NCBI RefSeq assembly: GCF_035594765.1
Contig: NC_085844.1
Location: 213,048,107-213,112,106, forward strand
Direction: 5' to 3'
Length of the DNA stretch: 64,000 bases
Origin: Anolis carolinensis
Taxonomy: Eukaryota
This document shows positions 22,479 to 36,032 of this stretch, one piece after another. The first letter of the stretch is position 1, and every line of letters begins with the position of its first letter. The notes under the pieces are model-generated. The model had not been told where the DNA came from, made no database searches, and saw only the letters and a list, made by a program, of their open reading frames with translations. The position numbers and the translations under genes are program-made.

Positions 22479-22965
22479 TTTTTTTTTTTAAATAATTTTT
22501 TATTTTTTAAAACACAAAAAATACATACCGTAGACATACAAAACATTTACAATTCCCACCACCAACACGAGGATTGTTTTCTTTTTACATATTCGTTTCT
22601 TTATGAGACAATTTTTATATCTTTATCTTAATCCATTTCCAACCTATATACTATATAACATTTGTATCTTATTTCTTATGGCTTGATCTCCAGAATGATT
22701 CATGATATAGTTCTTTACCATTGTCCATCTTTCTTCCATTTCTCTTGTTCTATTTTCATTAGTTTTTACAACATTTAGTTTCACATTCATAATTTCAAAT
22801 TCTATTTGCTCCACCATATATTGGTACCATTTATTTACTGTCCATTTTGATTTATCTTTCCACCCTAATACTATTACTGCTTGTGCACATTCAATTATTG
22901 CTTCTTTTATTTCCCTTTTATTTCCCATTTCCTCTCTTTTCCCTAATACCGCTATTTCCATATAT
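22479..22965 (-). mobile_element. L1 3' fragment
   Basis: Poly-T end; ORF 22644-22961 resembles an L1 ORF2 C-terminus (AQAVIVLGWK..W...EFEIM). Confidence 0.7.
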
Positions 22966-23206
22966 ACGTATTGTCCTGGCCATCATCCAGTGGCCTTTCT
23001 ACACAACAGGGAGTCTCTTTTCTTCAGAGTTATGTCTGCAGCTGTTACTGCCAAGTGAAAGGCCAAAGCTCCCTATTTTAAAAGCCTAGGACAGCTGTTG
23101 CAGCTGTTGCCATCACAGAGATTTTGTGATATGTTCCAAGATATAGACGTAACTGGAGCTACCCATGAGAGATTAGCTGGAGCAAGGCAAACATCAGGAG
23201 TTTTAC

Positions 23207-23348
23207 CTTGGAAGGTTCCTCCCGAAGAGCTGCAAATCGGCTTTTTGGTGCTCGGTGAAGGCTGGAAGGTGTTCCAAAGGGCTCAGGTGTTACATGGACC
23301 ATGGTACTGAGGGGATATCTGAGATCTGGGGTACTTCCAACAAGGGAT
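23207..23348 (-). CDS. PPFIA4: Liprin-alpha-4 exon SLVGSTPDLRYPL...RFAALREEPSK
   Basis: tag|A...AAG|gtaaaa, 142 nt, phase 2/0; needed to keep the frame between its neighbours. Confidence 0.93.
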
Positions 23349-24175
23349 CTAAAAAAATAAAGGTGGGGATCAATTGTCACAAATTATTCTTGTTTAGTAT
23401 AATATGAAGCTGCATTTTAAAGTGAAGTTTTCAATTGAATATCTCTTGTTCTTTTTGTCAATGTTCAAAATTAGGAACAGAAGGCACATTCTGAAATACA
23501 CATCACAATTACATTACATGATCACATTAAATGATCTATAGAAAAGCCACAACACTTAAACTAATAGTATGTTGAAAAAACAAGAAAACAAAACAAAATA
23601 GCATAATTTCTACTTATAGATAGTATTTGAAGAAACATAAGCAGTAAAAACACATTAAAGAATTTTGGATAGCTGAGGATTCAGACAATAGCATGTATTT
23701 GTAATCTAGTGCCAGAGAATAGTAGTCCAAAATGTATAGGGTGAAAGATACCTTCTGTGACAAAATGCACTCAGTATGGATCACAAGAATAACACAATTA
23801 AAATGCCAGAAACACAATAATGAATATTTAAATCGGAGAAATTAAGACACGTCTAGAGTTTCACCAAACATCAGTTTGGGAAGGAAGAAGATACGATTTC
23901 CTGAAGAGCATAAAAATTAAGGCTGTACTCCCGCTCACTATTTCTAGCCTTGGGAAATACGTATGCAGTCTGCATTTCCACATTTTTTTTCTTGTTGAAT
24001 TGAGGCCAATATACAAGTTAAGCAAGCACTTCACAGAGTGCAGAATGTGAATATCCAACTTTGAAGAGCTACTTCTTGAATGCTAATTAGTGTATATACA
24101 CATGCATATGTCATGTATAAATCAAGGGAACATTTTGACACCATAATTATGGATTTTGATATGACCCATAGATAA

Positions 24176-24835
24176 CACTATGTATCATGATTTCTGTTCC
24201 TGGGTTATAAATGTCATAATTGTTAATGTGGGATTTGTGTATAGATAGTGTTTAAATGAAATTTGTGTCTTTCCAGTATTGCATACTGATTGCATTATCC
24301 AGAGTGTACTATAGTCTGGAAAGAGTTAATTGCTAAGAAGCTGTGATGACCTTGATGTGTGGCTGGAGATAGGGAGTGTCCAGACACAAGTATGTATGCA
24401 TTACTGATTGCATCAGTACAGTTCTGTTCTGTCTGCCTAGAGTGAGAGTCCTGTGTCTATTGTCTGCAAGTCTGTTTGTTTTGTACAGTAAAACTTTGTA
24501 TATAGTTTTACCAAAGTCTCTGGATGTCACTTCGTTCTGCATTCCACTGCCTCCATCTACTGCTGCGCTGCAAATTACTCTGACAATATTCTTATTGGTT
24601 CTATCATAAAACATGGAAAAAGTTTATTAAACTGCCAAAACTTTGTTTTTGTGGGATATCCTGTAGCACATTTTGCTATGGTTTTTCAATGAATATCTGA
24701 TAGATTTTCAACCAATTCAACATAGTTTGCAGCAGCCACAAAATCAAAGCTTCTAAAGTTTCAAAGTACTGCACAATTAAACAGGAAATAACTTTCAAAC
24801 CAAGAACATTTTTTTTCAAATTTTGTCATCTAGTG
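24176..24835. mobile_element. Non-autonomous DNA transposon, Chapaev3-like
   Basis: TAA|CACTA...TAGTG|TAA: CAC/GTG termini with 3-bp TWA duplication. Confidence 0.65.
24221..24585 (+). mobile_element. Solo LTR (Gypsy-like) nested in the DNA transposon
   Basis: TGT...ACA termini, agtaaa signal near 24488, 5-bp TSD ataat/atatt. Confidence 0.7.
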
Positions 24836-26316
24836 TAAGTTGAGGGTAAATCTGTGCATCAGCATTGCCTTGGGGGGGGGGGCAGTAATTCCTGGCTGCT
24901 GTTATTTTTTCACTCAGACAATCAAGGTCAAAAGTGATGGTGCAGAGAAGGTAATGCTTCTTTTAAGTCCATATGATGGACTAAGTTTTCACCTTTTAAT
25001 ACTCTAGACACAGAATTCAATAGTTCTTTTTTTATTTAAGAGCTAATCAACAGAACTTACATAGGCCCACAGATAAGGTAATCCAGATTTTGGGGGATGA
25101 TTTTTTTTAAACTAAAATGTCTATTTTTTAATAATTAATTTTTATTTAAATACATTACTAAAATGTCTAGGGTATATACATTATACAATAACTGTCCCCT
25201 TGATTAGAACGTAGTATGGAGCCCACAATTGGCTACTTACAGTTTAAAGGAGGTACACTGTGTCAACTGAATTTGGTACTGGGGTATACAGTAGTTACTT
25301 AAGAGCAAGCATAAAATTGAATGTCATGTATACATATTTACTTTTAATCATAATAAATAAAAATCACTATTATATTAAAATAACATTTAATGTTTATCTG
25401 GCTAGCTGGTCACATGCCTTGTTCAGGCTCTCATACATGCTAGCAATTCATCTCTCATCACAGTGGCTGAGTTTATGAGACCCATTTCAATCTGGAGAGA
25501 ACAAGATCAAAGAGAAAGTGACAGCTGAGAGTGAGACTTTTCAGTGAATGTGAGACTTTCCAGTCCTACCAACTGGCCTCATAGAACTTGGCACCAGCAG
25601 GGTGGGGGGTGGGACACCATTCTCTGCTTATAAGTGACAATGAAGCCTCTCACAAATATGGAGGAGCAAGAGTTCATATTAGTCAAATCTAGCTCTTGGG
25701 CTCACAGCACAACCACGTTTTACTTGCTAGCATATCCATGTATGGAGAGTTTCTGGAACTGTTTTATACACTGCCAGTATGGCTGGCAAAACATAAAATC
25801 TTATCTATTATTGAAAACCTGGGTATTTATAGTCACTGATAAGCTGGAGAACTATGACGAATAACCAGACACAGTAAAAGAAAAGAATAACTAGGGAATC
25901 CCCAGTCCTTAGCTCCATATAGGACACTGAGACGATATGGATCCAAATTGAAAGAAGCATCTTGAGATTCTCACTTTTTTGCTCCATAACCAAAAGTTAT
26001 GGTATATAAATAAGAAGGTGGAAGAAGATGGCATTTCCTTCTTTCAAAGTACAGCAGCTACACTACTTGTAACTTCTTGTTCTACTTGGTAATGCCAACA
26101 ATTGACAATGGCTGAACAGAGTAGAACATCCAGGAATTGACTTATCATCTTATTACTAGGAGTCACAGAAAAAATGTCATGTCATGCCACCTTTTCCTCT
26201 CTTGCAATGAGGTGATTATCATTACTGAAAGTTTGGAAGTAAAGCAATACATGTTAATATTACATTGGCCAACTGCTAGTATTCCTGACTGTAAAAAACT
26301 GTCACAGATAAACACA

Positions 26317-27529
26317 TCATTCATATATATATATATGTATATATATGTATATATATGTATATATATGTATATATATGTATATATATGTATATATATGTAT
26401 ATGTAATGTGTGTTTTACTATGGAATAAACAACAAAACCACTGAACCAAATCACACAAAATTTGGCCACAAAAGACATAGTCATCCAAAATATGTCTTTC
26501 AAACAAACAAAAAAACCTAGAAAAATAAAGTCCAAATTAGAGTAAGAGGAAGAACTGTTTTTTCCCCTTGCTGCCAGCAACCACAATGGCTGAGGGTTCA
26601 CTTAGGCCTCTTCCACACTGCCTATAAAATACAGATTATCTGATTTGAACTGGATTATATGGCAGTGTAGACTCAAAGCCCTTCCACACAGCTATATAAC
26701 CCAGAATGCCAAGGCAGTTAATCCAGAGTATTTGCTTTGAACTGGATTATCTTGAGTCCACACTACCATATAATCCAGTTCAGTGGGGATTTTATACAGC
26801 TGCGTAGAAGGGGCCTTATATAACCCAGTTCAAAGCAGATACAGTAGAGTCTCACTTATCCAACATAAAAGGGCCGGCAGAACATTGGATAAGCGAATAT
26901 GTTGGATAATAAGAAAGGATTAAGGAAAAGCCTATTAAACATCAAATTTGGTTATGATTTTACAAATTAAGCACCAAAACATCATGTTATACAACAAATT
27001 TGACAGAAAAAGTAGTTCAATATGCAGTAATGCTATGTAGTAATTACTGTATTTATGAATTTAGCACCAAAATATCACGGTGTATTGAAAACATTGACTA
27101 CAAAAATGCGTTGGATAATCCAGAACGTTGGATAAGTGAGACTCTACTGTAATATAAGATTATAAATATAATATATAAAAATTAAGAACAATATAATCTC
27201 TAAAATCAGGACAGTAAATAAAGAACAACACTCTGAAAACAGGGGAATTCCAGAAAGGAAACAATCAGGGCCAGCTAACACCTCCCAACACAGGATTCCC
27301 CTAGGGAGGGAGCAGCCAGCCTTTGAAGCTGCAAGGCTTTTCTATGTAAACAAGGTGATTAATTGCAGCATTCATACTTGTGTCCAACTGACAAAAAAGG
27401 AACAACCAGAAATATTGTATATTCACAAGCTTTAGGAAATAACATATACTAACTATCACTGATTCCTCAATACTTTATTTCCCATACCACCACACTTTGC
27501 CACAGCAATGCGTGGCCGGGCACAGCTAG
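26317..27529 (+). mobile_element. Helitron with captured MITE, mariner and Penelope fragments
   Basis: A|TC start followed by an (ATATATGTAT)n expansion; hairpin plus CTAG|T end. Confidence 0.85.
26842..27149. mobile_element. Tc1/mariner non-autonomous element
   Basis: TA|CAGTAGAGTCTCACTTATCCAAC...GTTGGATAAGTGAGACTCTACTG|TA. Confidence 0.9.
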
Positions 27530-28476
27530 TCCTACATATACTGAAACAGTGCTATCTGTCTGATAATTCCACAACAAAAGAGTTACTTTTTTATTTAAAA
27601 AATGGAAAATTTGTCCTGAGATGAGATGCAAGGAGATGCATGTTCAAACAAGTACTGTGGTGCTTGATCATGTAACAAAGAAAGCATAGCTTCTACTCAG
27701 TTCAATACATAATCTGCCCACTTAGTTAATAGTGATAAATAAGATGTACAGATTGGTATTATTCCAAGGCATTCTATGAATTTATCTTAGCCAGTGCTGC
27801 ATTACAACAGTTATTGAGGCTCTTCAATGTCACCATGAGAGACTCATTTCAGTTTTGCCACATGAACTGGCCTTAAAATGGCAGTGCCAGCAACTCAGAG
27901 AAGTGTTGACAACCACAGGGAGGCAATGACATCATCGGCTGCATAAGGCAAATGAGTAGGAATGCAGCCTTTGGTCCTTGGACTTATTCTGCCCCTCTCA
28001 GATTTTCCAGGCTATGTTCCCTCCCCCAAAATGCAACTGATGAATTCCTCCCTAAAATAGAATTTGTAGTAGAGACTGGTGTAAATTAAATATTTAGTTC
28101 CACCAATGAATGTAGCCCCCAAGAAAATTCGTCCCTTCCACACTAAAGATACCACAAAATACAAATTTGTTCTTATGGGTACTTACGTATTTAGATGTTC
28201 TTGAATAGTTTTAAAAATCTGCACAGATATGATTTATTAATAAATTCACTAGAACAATATATGATCACAAAATAGTTTACTTTGATGCAACCATTCAATG
28301 AACAGAACGCGTACCTTTTATGTGCCATTATTCAGGAATAAAATGTACTTAATCTAAGTAACACAGGGGACAATATAATAGTAGAAACATTCATACAAGT
28401 TGAATTAAACATTGGTAGGCTCCAAACACAGGCAGTTCCTTTTGCCTCAGATCTCAAAGGTGAGAGAATAACAATT

Positions 28477-28507
<31 letters not shown>

Positions 28508-29313
28508 TAGTACAGTGCTTCCTTGCTAATCTGCGGTTCGGGTTCCACGGATTCGCTGTATCGCAGATTTTTTCATCTGGCCCGCCCTCCCTTTGCAGGT
28601 ACAAAAGGGCCCAGTTTGAGTCACGTGACCCGGCCCGCACTTCCTCCTCAGCCGCCTGCAGGCAGCGCCAGTAGACCCTGCCTGCACCTCATCGCCCCAG
28701 GAACAACAAGGAAGACAGAACAGTATGTTTAAAGAGGAAAAGAGGGAGGGAGGCTATATTTATTGAAATAAATATAGTGCCGCTATATCGTGGTTTTCCA
28801 CTTTTCACGGACAGGCCTGGAACCTAACCCCCGTGAAAAGTGAGGGGACACTGTATTTATATTCTCCCCTTCTCAACCCGAAGGGGACTCAGGGCAGATC
28901 ACAATGCAATGAATACATGGCAAACATTAAATGCCATTAGACATACAACATATATAGACAGACACAGAGGCAATTTAACATTCCAGCTTCCGGAATCATG
29001 AGAGTATGCTCTATTCTGGCCACAGGGGGAGCTGCCGCTTCACCATCCATTTATGACACCAAGTCCTTGATGGAGTACTTCCTCGTTCTTCCACATGCTG
29101 CTGGAAGGTTTATGGTGTCGTAAATTAGTTAAATTAGCCTCCCGCATAAAGTGGTACCTAAACTTCCTACTCAACAGATGCAACTGTCTTTTGGGCTGCA
29201 TAGATCAACAGCAAGCTAGACTATTAATGGTCACTCCGACCTGAGCTGGCTTTGAACTCATGACCTCTCGGTCAGTAGTGATTTATTGCAGCTGGCTACT
29301 AACCCGCTGCACC
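28477..29313 (-). mobile_element. L2-tailed SINE (Anolis SINE2-like), interrupted in its tail
   Basis: (TTTA)n tail; reverse complement matches head and tail of the 16876 copy. Confidence 0.75.
28513..28853. mobile_element. Tigger/pogo-like MITE
   Basis: TA|CAGTG...CACTG|TA with imperfect TIRs. Confidence 0.75.
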
Positions 29314-29389
29314 ATTTTACAAGTATTTTAACACAATTAGCCGCTTTGAGTCCCTTCAGGAAGAAAGGTGTGAGTTAGAAATAATAATA

Positions 29390-29711
29390 CAGTAGAGTCT
29401 CACTTATCCAACATAAACGGGCCGGCAGAATGTTGGATAAGCGAATATGTTGGATAATAAGGAGGCATTAAGGAAAAGCCTATTAAACATCAAATTAGGT
29501 TATGGTTTTACAAATGAAGCACCAAAACATCATGTTAGACAACAAATTTGGCAGAAAAAGTAGTTCAATACGCAGTAATGTTATGTGGTAATTACTGTAT
29601 TTACGAATTCAGCACCAAAATATCACGATATATTGAAAACATTGACTACAAAAATGCGTTGAATAATCCAGAACGTTGGATAAGCGAGTGTTGGATAAGT
29701 GAGACTCTACT

Positions 29712-29712
<1 letters not shown>
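29390..29712. mobile_element. Tc1/mariner non-autonomous element
   Basis: Same 23-bp TIR and TA TSD as the 26842 copy; inserted in an (AAT)n tail. Confidence 0.92.

Positions 29713-29763
<51 letters not shown>
29713..29763 (+). repeat. (AAT)n microsatellite
   Basis: Seen directly. Confidence 0.95.
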
Positions 29764-29765
<2 letters not shown>

Positions 29766-29889
29766 TAATTACAGATATTGTTTTAGATACACAGAAACAT
29801 ACATACAAAGTATAGCACTTCTAACAGAGATAAAGTTTGAAATCCTTCAAACATTTTGTGATACTATGGAAAAAAAACAGTGTCCTTAC

Positions 29890-29981
29890 CTTGTATGTAC
29901 ACTATCAAGGAATGATCCACTTCTTGTCTTTAACTGATCAATTTCTAATCTCAGTTTGTCAATCTCATCTGATAGCCTCCT
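29890..29981 (-). CDS. PPFIA4: Liprin-alpha-4 exon RRLSDEIDKLRLEIDQLKTRSGSFLDSVHT(R)
   Basis: cag|AGG...AG|gtaagg, 92 nt, phase 0/2. Confidence 0.93.
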
Positions 29982-30461
29982 CTGTTTAGAACAAAACAAG
30001 AAATTGTTTCTCTACAGCCAGTTATAGCCAACCAAGATGAATTCAATTAGCACATCTGCAAAGCCCTGGTTAAGGTAGGATTAATCATGCTGGAAGCAAA
30101 ACAAGGGAAAGAAAATGACATGAGTCCAAAAGGCACATGGAAGATGGGAAAGTTGCCACTTTCTGGTTCCATACTGTTTGATGAAGCATGGTGGATATCA
30201 ACTGAATACTAACTGTAATCTGGTGTTATTTGGAAAATGTTTCTGATCATGCTAGCAACAGGATAATTCTGTAAGAAATCTAGAATCACTGCCAGAATTA
30301 ACCCCCCCAAGAAGGTTGTATAGTATACCTCCTGAAAATAGGTTGTATAGCATACCTCCTTACCTTGATTTACACTCCTAAACTTAGTTTTGGGGGGGGG
30401 GGGGCACACGCAAAGGAAAGCAGTTTAGATTATCAATCCAAATGCATTATCATCCCTGAAT

Positions 30462-31778
30462 TATTATTTATTTATTACAATATTTATATCCCGCCCTTAT
30501 CACCCAATAGGGGACTCAGGGCAGCTTACAATAAAAAACATATATAAAATTGTACAATACATTGTAACTCAATTAAAAAGTTATTAAATTACATTAGATA
30601 TTCATAAAAACACTTATAAAATACAGATAGGCATGTTCAAGTCTAAAAGACTGGGTCTGTCAATTGAGTTCTAGCGTACATAATAATAATTAGTGCTGCT
30701 AATTGTTATTCGAAAGCCTGGCCCCACAACCAAGTTTTAACTTTCCTACGGAAAGATAGGAGGGAGGGAGCCTGCCTGACTTCACTGGGGAGGGCGTTCC
30801 ATAGGTGAGGAGCCACTACTGAAAAGGCCCTCTCTCTTGTCCCCGCCAGCTGCACCTGTGAGGCTGACGGGACCGCGAGCAGGGCCTCACCTGATGCTCT
30901 TAAGCTTCTAGGTGGGTCGTAATGGGGGATACGTTCGGACAGATAAGCTGGGCCGGAACCGTTGAAAGCTTTATAGGCTAAAGGTAGCACCTTGAATTGT
31001 GCTCGGCAGCATCGGCAGGAGTGGTACGCTCCCTGTATGCCGCTCCAGTTATTAACCTGGCAGCCTCCCATTGGACTAATTGAAGTTTCCGAACAGTCTT
31101 CAAAGGCAGCCCCACGTAGAGTGTGTTGCAGTAGTCTAAACGGAATGTAACAAGAGCATGGACCACCGTGGCCAAGTCCGGCTTCCCAAGGTATGGTCGC
31201 AGCTGGCGCACAAGTTTCAACTGTGTGAAGGCTCCCCTAGCCACCGCCGAGACCAGGCTCAACGATGAGTCTAGAATCACCCCCAGACTGCGAACCTGCG
31301 CCTTCAAGGGGAGTGTGACCCCATCCAGCACAGGCTGTAACCCTATACCCTGTTCGGCCTTCCGACTGACCAGGAGGACCTCTGTCTTGTCTGGATTCAA
31401 TTTCAATTTGTTGACCCTCATCCAGTCCGACACAGTCGCCAAGCACTGGTTCAGGACCTGAACAGCCTCCTTAGTGACAGGTGGGAAGGAGTGACAGAGC
31501 TGGACATCATCTGCGTACAGATGACATCGGACCCCGAAACTCCTGATGATCTCTCCCAGTGGCTTCATGTAGATGTTAAACAACATGGGGGACAATACAA
31601 AGCCCTGCGGGACCCCACAAGTCTACGGTTGTGGGGCCGAGCAGGCATCCCCCAATGACACCATCTGGGACCGACCCTCCAGGAATGAGTGGAGCCACTG
31701 CAGAACAGTACCTCCAAGTCCCATTCCCGCGAGGCATCCCAGAAGGATACCGTGATCGACAGTATCGAAGGCCGCTGA
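30462..31778 (-). mobile_element. L2 LINE 3' portion (RT and C-terminus)
   Basis: [27 protein letters not shown]; tail gggcgggatataaat. Confidence 0.93.
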
Positions 31779-32663
31779 ATGGGTGCTTTTTATCTGTTGC
31801 TAAATGCTGAGGGAAATGCTTCAAACAGAATGAGAAAACATTTCAACCAATAAATATTCCAAGCTTTTGGAATGTAATACTCTTCATTAGGGACAAATTA
31901 GAGATCAGCTGTACAGGCAAATAGATCTCTGCAGTCATACAATTCAGTTGGTGATTGTGACAGTCACACCATCCACCATCACATGCAAATTGCATATAAA
32001 GTGGCAATGATTTAAATAGAAACTTATTCTCCATGCACCAAAACACAAATTGAAATCTCAGGAGACATTTCTAAAACAGGAGTACAATCTCAAAGAGAAA
32101 ATCAAAACAAGCAAAAAGTGTCTGTTGTGTCAAAATAATCATTTGGGGAAAAAATCCTAGTTATTCTTTCTTTCTTTCTGTTAATGAATGGTTGGCATTC
32201 CTAACTGTACAGCCATGATTACATTAGGAGGGTTGATAATGGAATCTGATATGCTGAATTCTTCAAAAATATCAACAGAAAATTGGAGAAAGTTAAATCA
32301 CTACTACCACCACTTGGCAAATCCTGGCCATGACACAGACATACATATCTAAGTGTCTCAGGTGGAGTCATTCACAGTTTAATCCTCTACAGTACTTTCT
32401 ATGTAGTGTCCTGACAGCTAGGCAGACCAAAGCTAAAGTAATTTTCTGTGAAAACATCCTGTGTACTGAAGCATAAAGCGCTTGTAGAAAACGATATCAA
32501 AAGGAATACATGATAAAGACCTAAAACAGTCATTGCTATAAAAGATTTTGACTATCACAGCACAATCACTTGATAGCTTCGAAACATGCTATTTCAAGGC
32601 AGCAACATGCACTTAAGAAACATGCCTGCCACTCCTCGCGCAATGCCCTGAAGTGGCATTTAC

Positions 32664-32726
32664 CTTGTCATGCTGGTGTTCCTCAATTTGCTTTTGAGTA
32701 TTTTCCAATTCTTGCAACAATGTGTT
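32664..32726 (-). CDS. PPFIA4: Liprin-alpha-4 exon NTLLQELENTQKQIEEHQHDK
   Basis: taag|AAC...AAG|gtaaat, 63 nt; less common AAG acceptor. Confidence 0.92.
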
Positions 32727-34134
32727 CTTAAAAAGCAAAGGTAAGTAATTATGGAGAGAAAGAGACCAGTTTGGTCAACCTGATAAAAGTCCTCAAGTCA
32801 CTTTATAGGGTGAAAATCTGACAGGATTTTTCAGACTGAAAGCTCCCTACATACAATGCCCCAAATTTGTAAACAATACTTCATAGAAGCCTATAATGAG
32901 GATGCAAGAGCACACTACCAACAAGACAGAAGATGAAGAAGTTAGCTTTTAAAGGCTGAGTTGGAAATATCACAAAATGTTATTTTGCAAAATAGTTTGA
33001 TCAATCTTAGAGAAAGCTGTGTGCAGATTTACACAAGTAAATTACTAACACAGTATAAGAGAAATACTTTCAGTTTCTAAACATGTTTAATTAGCATTAT
33101 GAAAGGGAAATAGTATGGAGAGACCCAAAGGTCATACACTGATCAGTGCCAAAGCTCATCCAAAAAGCACTTTTCCTGCCAAGTTTCTAAAATTGGCAGC
33201 ACTAAAAGAAGACCATTTCACAGATGGAAACCAATTAGGCTTTCTGCCCAGAACATGATTCCTCCATGTCCCACAGCATCACTCCTGGATGTAATGCATG
33301 CAAAACACTATTTTCAGTGTCAGTATAAATGAGATAATGCTAGAGCTAATGGCCCATCAGTGCCTTAAATTCTAGTTCCAATAGCTAGAGAGGAAGATTT
33401 CACTATAAATGTCACTGAGCATCACCCCTGTTGATAAATGGAAAATCTGTCTCCTCTGAACCTGAATGTCATGATTATGTACTGGAGTTTCCCCATGAGC
33501 TAAGCCTGAGTATTACCATAGGTGCTATTTGATGTCTATATAGGAGTTTTCTGAAGATGTGCTTCCTGGAAAAGGTAGACACGAAGCAGCATGAATCAAG
33601 GTATGCTGTGATTACATCCTCAGGTATAGTAGTAACATACAGAGATGGCAGTGTACAGTGGACTGAACATAAATCAGGACAAATGTCCTGATCAACAGAT
33701 TTTAGTAAAATAATCCAGATTATCAACCTAGCCCCCACTTATTTTTTGATCAAGAAGAATGTTACCTCTTAAGAAAGGGGGATTTTAAACACCTCTGATA
33801 ACAATAAAACTGGGAAAATTAAAAGAATGATTCAAAACACCAGGTGCTGTCATTCAAGAGTCTTAACCGTATACGGTGGTATGAAATAGGTAGACTGCAG
33901 GACCCATCCACCCCACCCCACCTCCCCCCAAGTAGATTTGAGATACTGGGACCTCCCAGCACCCTGTCACAAAATGGTAATGTTTTTGAAAAATATTTTG
34001 GGGGCAAAATAGTCCCCTCACACCTTAAGACGGCCAAAGGCCATGAGGAACAATTTTGCCATGTTTTTAAACCCTGTGGGAAAATTCAGGCCCAGGAGAT
34101 GCTATTTTTATGGAAGCCAAACAGAAACCAGCTA

Positions 34135-34640
34135 GATTCCTGTGAGTTTTCTGGGCTGTATGGCTATGTTCCAGAAGCATTCTCTCCTGACGTTTTACCT
34201 TCATCTATGGGAGGCATCCTCAGAGGTTGTAAGGTCTATTGGAAACTAGACAACTGGGGTGCATATATCTATGGAATGCCCAGGGTGGGAGAAAAAACTC
34301 TTGTCTGTTTGAGGCAAGTGTGAATGTTGCAATTGGCCAGCTTGATTAGCATTTAATGGCCTTGCAGCTTCAAAGTCTGGCTGCTTCTTGCCTGAGGAAA
34401 TCCTTTGTTGGGAGGTGTTAGCTGGCTCTGATTGTTTCTTGTTTTCTGAGTGTTGTTCTTTATTTACTGTCCTGATTTTAGAGGTTTTAGAGGTCTGACA
34501 TGGTGGTTGTTAGAGTGGTACAGCATTTCTGTGCTCTCAAATAATATGCTGTGTCCAAATTGGTTCATCAAGTGCTTTGCTATGACTGATTTCTCTGGTT
34601 GAATTAGTCTGCAGTGCCTTTCATATTCCTTGACTTGTCA
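34135..34640 (-). mobile_element. Penelope-like 3' fragment with a mutated hammerhead motif (about 34186-34226)
   Basis: Similar to 18082-18175 and 19000-19320; CUGAGGA...AAAACGUCAGG with the GAAA core mutated. Confidence 0.8.
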
Positions 34641-35775
34641 AGCCTAATGCATATTGGTGGCCATTTTTGGTCAATATAAATTTTAAAACAATGATACATC
34701 TACCCAAGATCCCATGGGAGGTGCTTCGACCCCTGAGAATTGGCCAACCTGATCTACATGCATAACAGGTTCTCTTATCATATATATCTGTAGCACGAAA
34801 TTCTTAGTATGCAACACCACAACCATTGGAAAAAACCTGAAGAATACCTGCTTTACCACAATCAGAGTTCTACAGCTATGACCCAATTAGACATTCTTCT
34901 CCTGTTTGAGAACAGTTATTATTTTTCAAAATGTGCAAGAGCTGACAGATATAACTGTATGAGGATGTTTAGAATAAAAAGGAACTATTGATTTGTACTG
35001 AGTTGCCCAGTGAAGATCAATCTTCATGTTGATATGACAGTCACTGTATTCCTTTAAAAAAGAGTATTATGGACAATCAGAAGGTCCAGCTGAGATGCAA
35101 GGTAGAAGGTGGCTGAGTAAATGTTTGTTAGCCCAGTCATCAAAACAAAATTATGATTGTTTTACCATTCTATCAATATTTATGTCTCCATACCAGACCT
35201 CACTATCCCTTCACAAACATACAAAATACAGAATGTAACAATAATACTCCCATATCTTTTCAATTAAGAACTCATGTTTGTCTTCCAGAAACAAAGTTTG
35301 ACTTTTTGATGCATTTCTCAAATGCTTAAACCTAAATCCAATGCATAAATACAGATTTGCAAAGCGTATGGGACGCATTCAAACAAGAGTCAAAAAATAC
35401 GAACACCCTACCTTGTAAAAACACAAACCCCATACTGCTCTATATTCCTTATACTTGGTAAGAAACAAGATTAACTCAAACAAGGATGCAAAAATAGGAA
35501 TCAAAGCAACAAAGTTGGGGTCCTTCTCTACATATCTAGTCTTCATAATCATTTACACTATACTAACAATATATTGTTAACACTATTTTACAAGAATCTT
35601 GGGTTTGTATAGTAGCAGAAGAATTAACTGGCCAAGAATAGGTATGATTTGATCCATTACACAGCTCAAATGTTTTAGGGTGGCATTTCAGACCCCTCCC
35701 CTCAAAATTCCAATCTTCAAAAATGTTATATTTTTCCACTCGAATACAGCATGGTGAAATGATCAGTTGCAATAC

Positions 35776-35907
35776 CTTCTCTTCAAGGGCTGCCATTCGC
35801 TCTTTTAGATGAAGCTGAAGTCGTTCATTGGATTCACTCAGAAGTCTGTCCACAGTATCAGACAGTCGCTTGTTATGCTCCTCATTCATTTTCTCCCGCT
35901 GACGAGC
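35776..35907 (-). CDS. PPFIA4: Liprin-alpha-4 exon [44 protein letters not shown]
   Basis: cag|GCT...AAG|gtattg, 132 nt. Confidence 0.97.
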
Positions 35908-35991
35908 CTGTAAGCGAAATCAAGATCAGTCAAGTAATTCCAAGATGCTTTTCCAGATCTCTCAAAATAGCAATATTGAAAATCACCCTTC

Positions 35992-35995
<4 letters not shown>

Positions 35996-36027
<32 letters not shown>
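35996..36027 (+). repeat. (CA)n microsatellite
   Basis: Seen directly. Confidence 0.95.
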
Positions 36028-36032
<5 letters not shown>

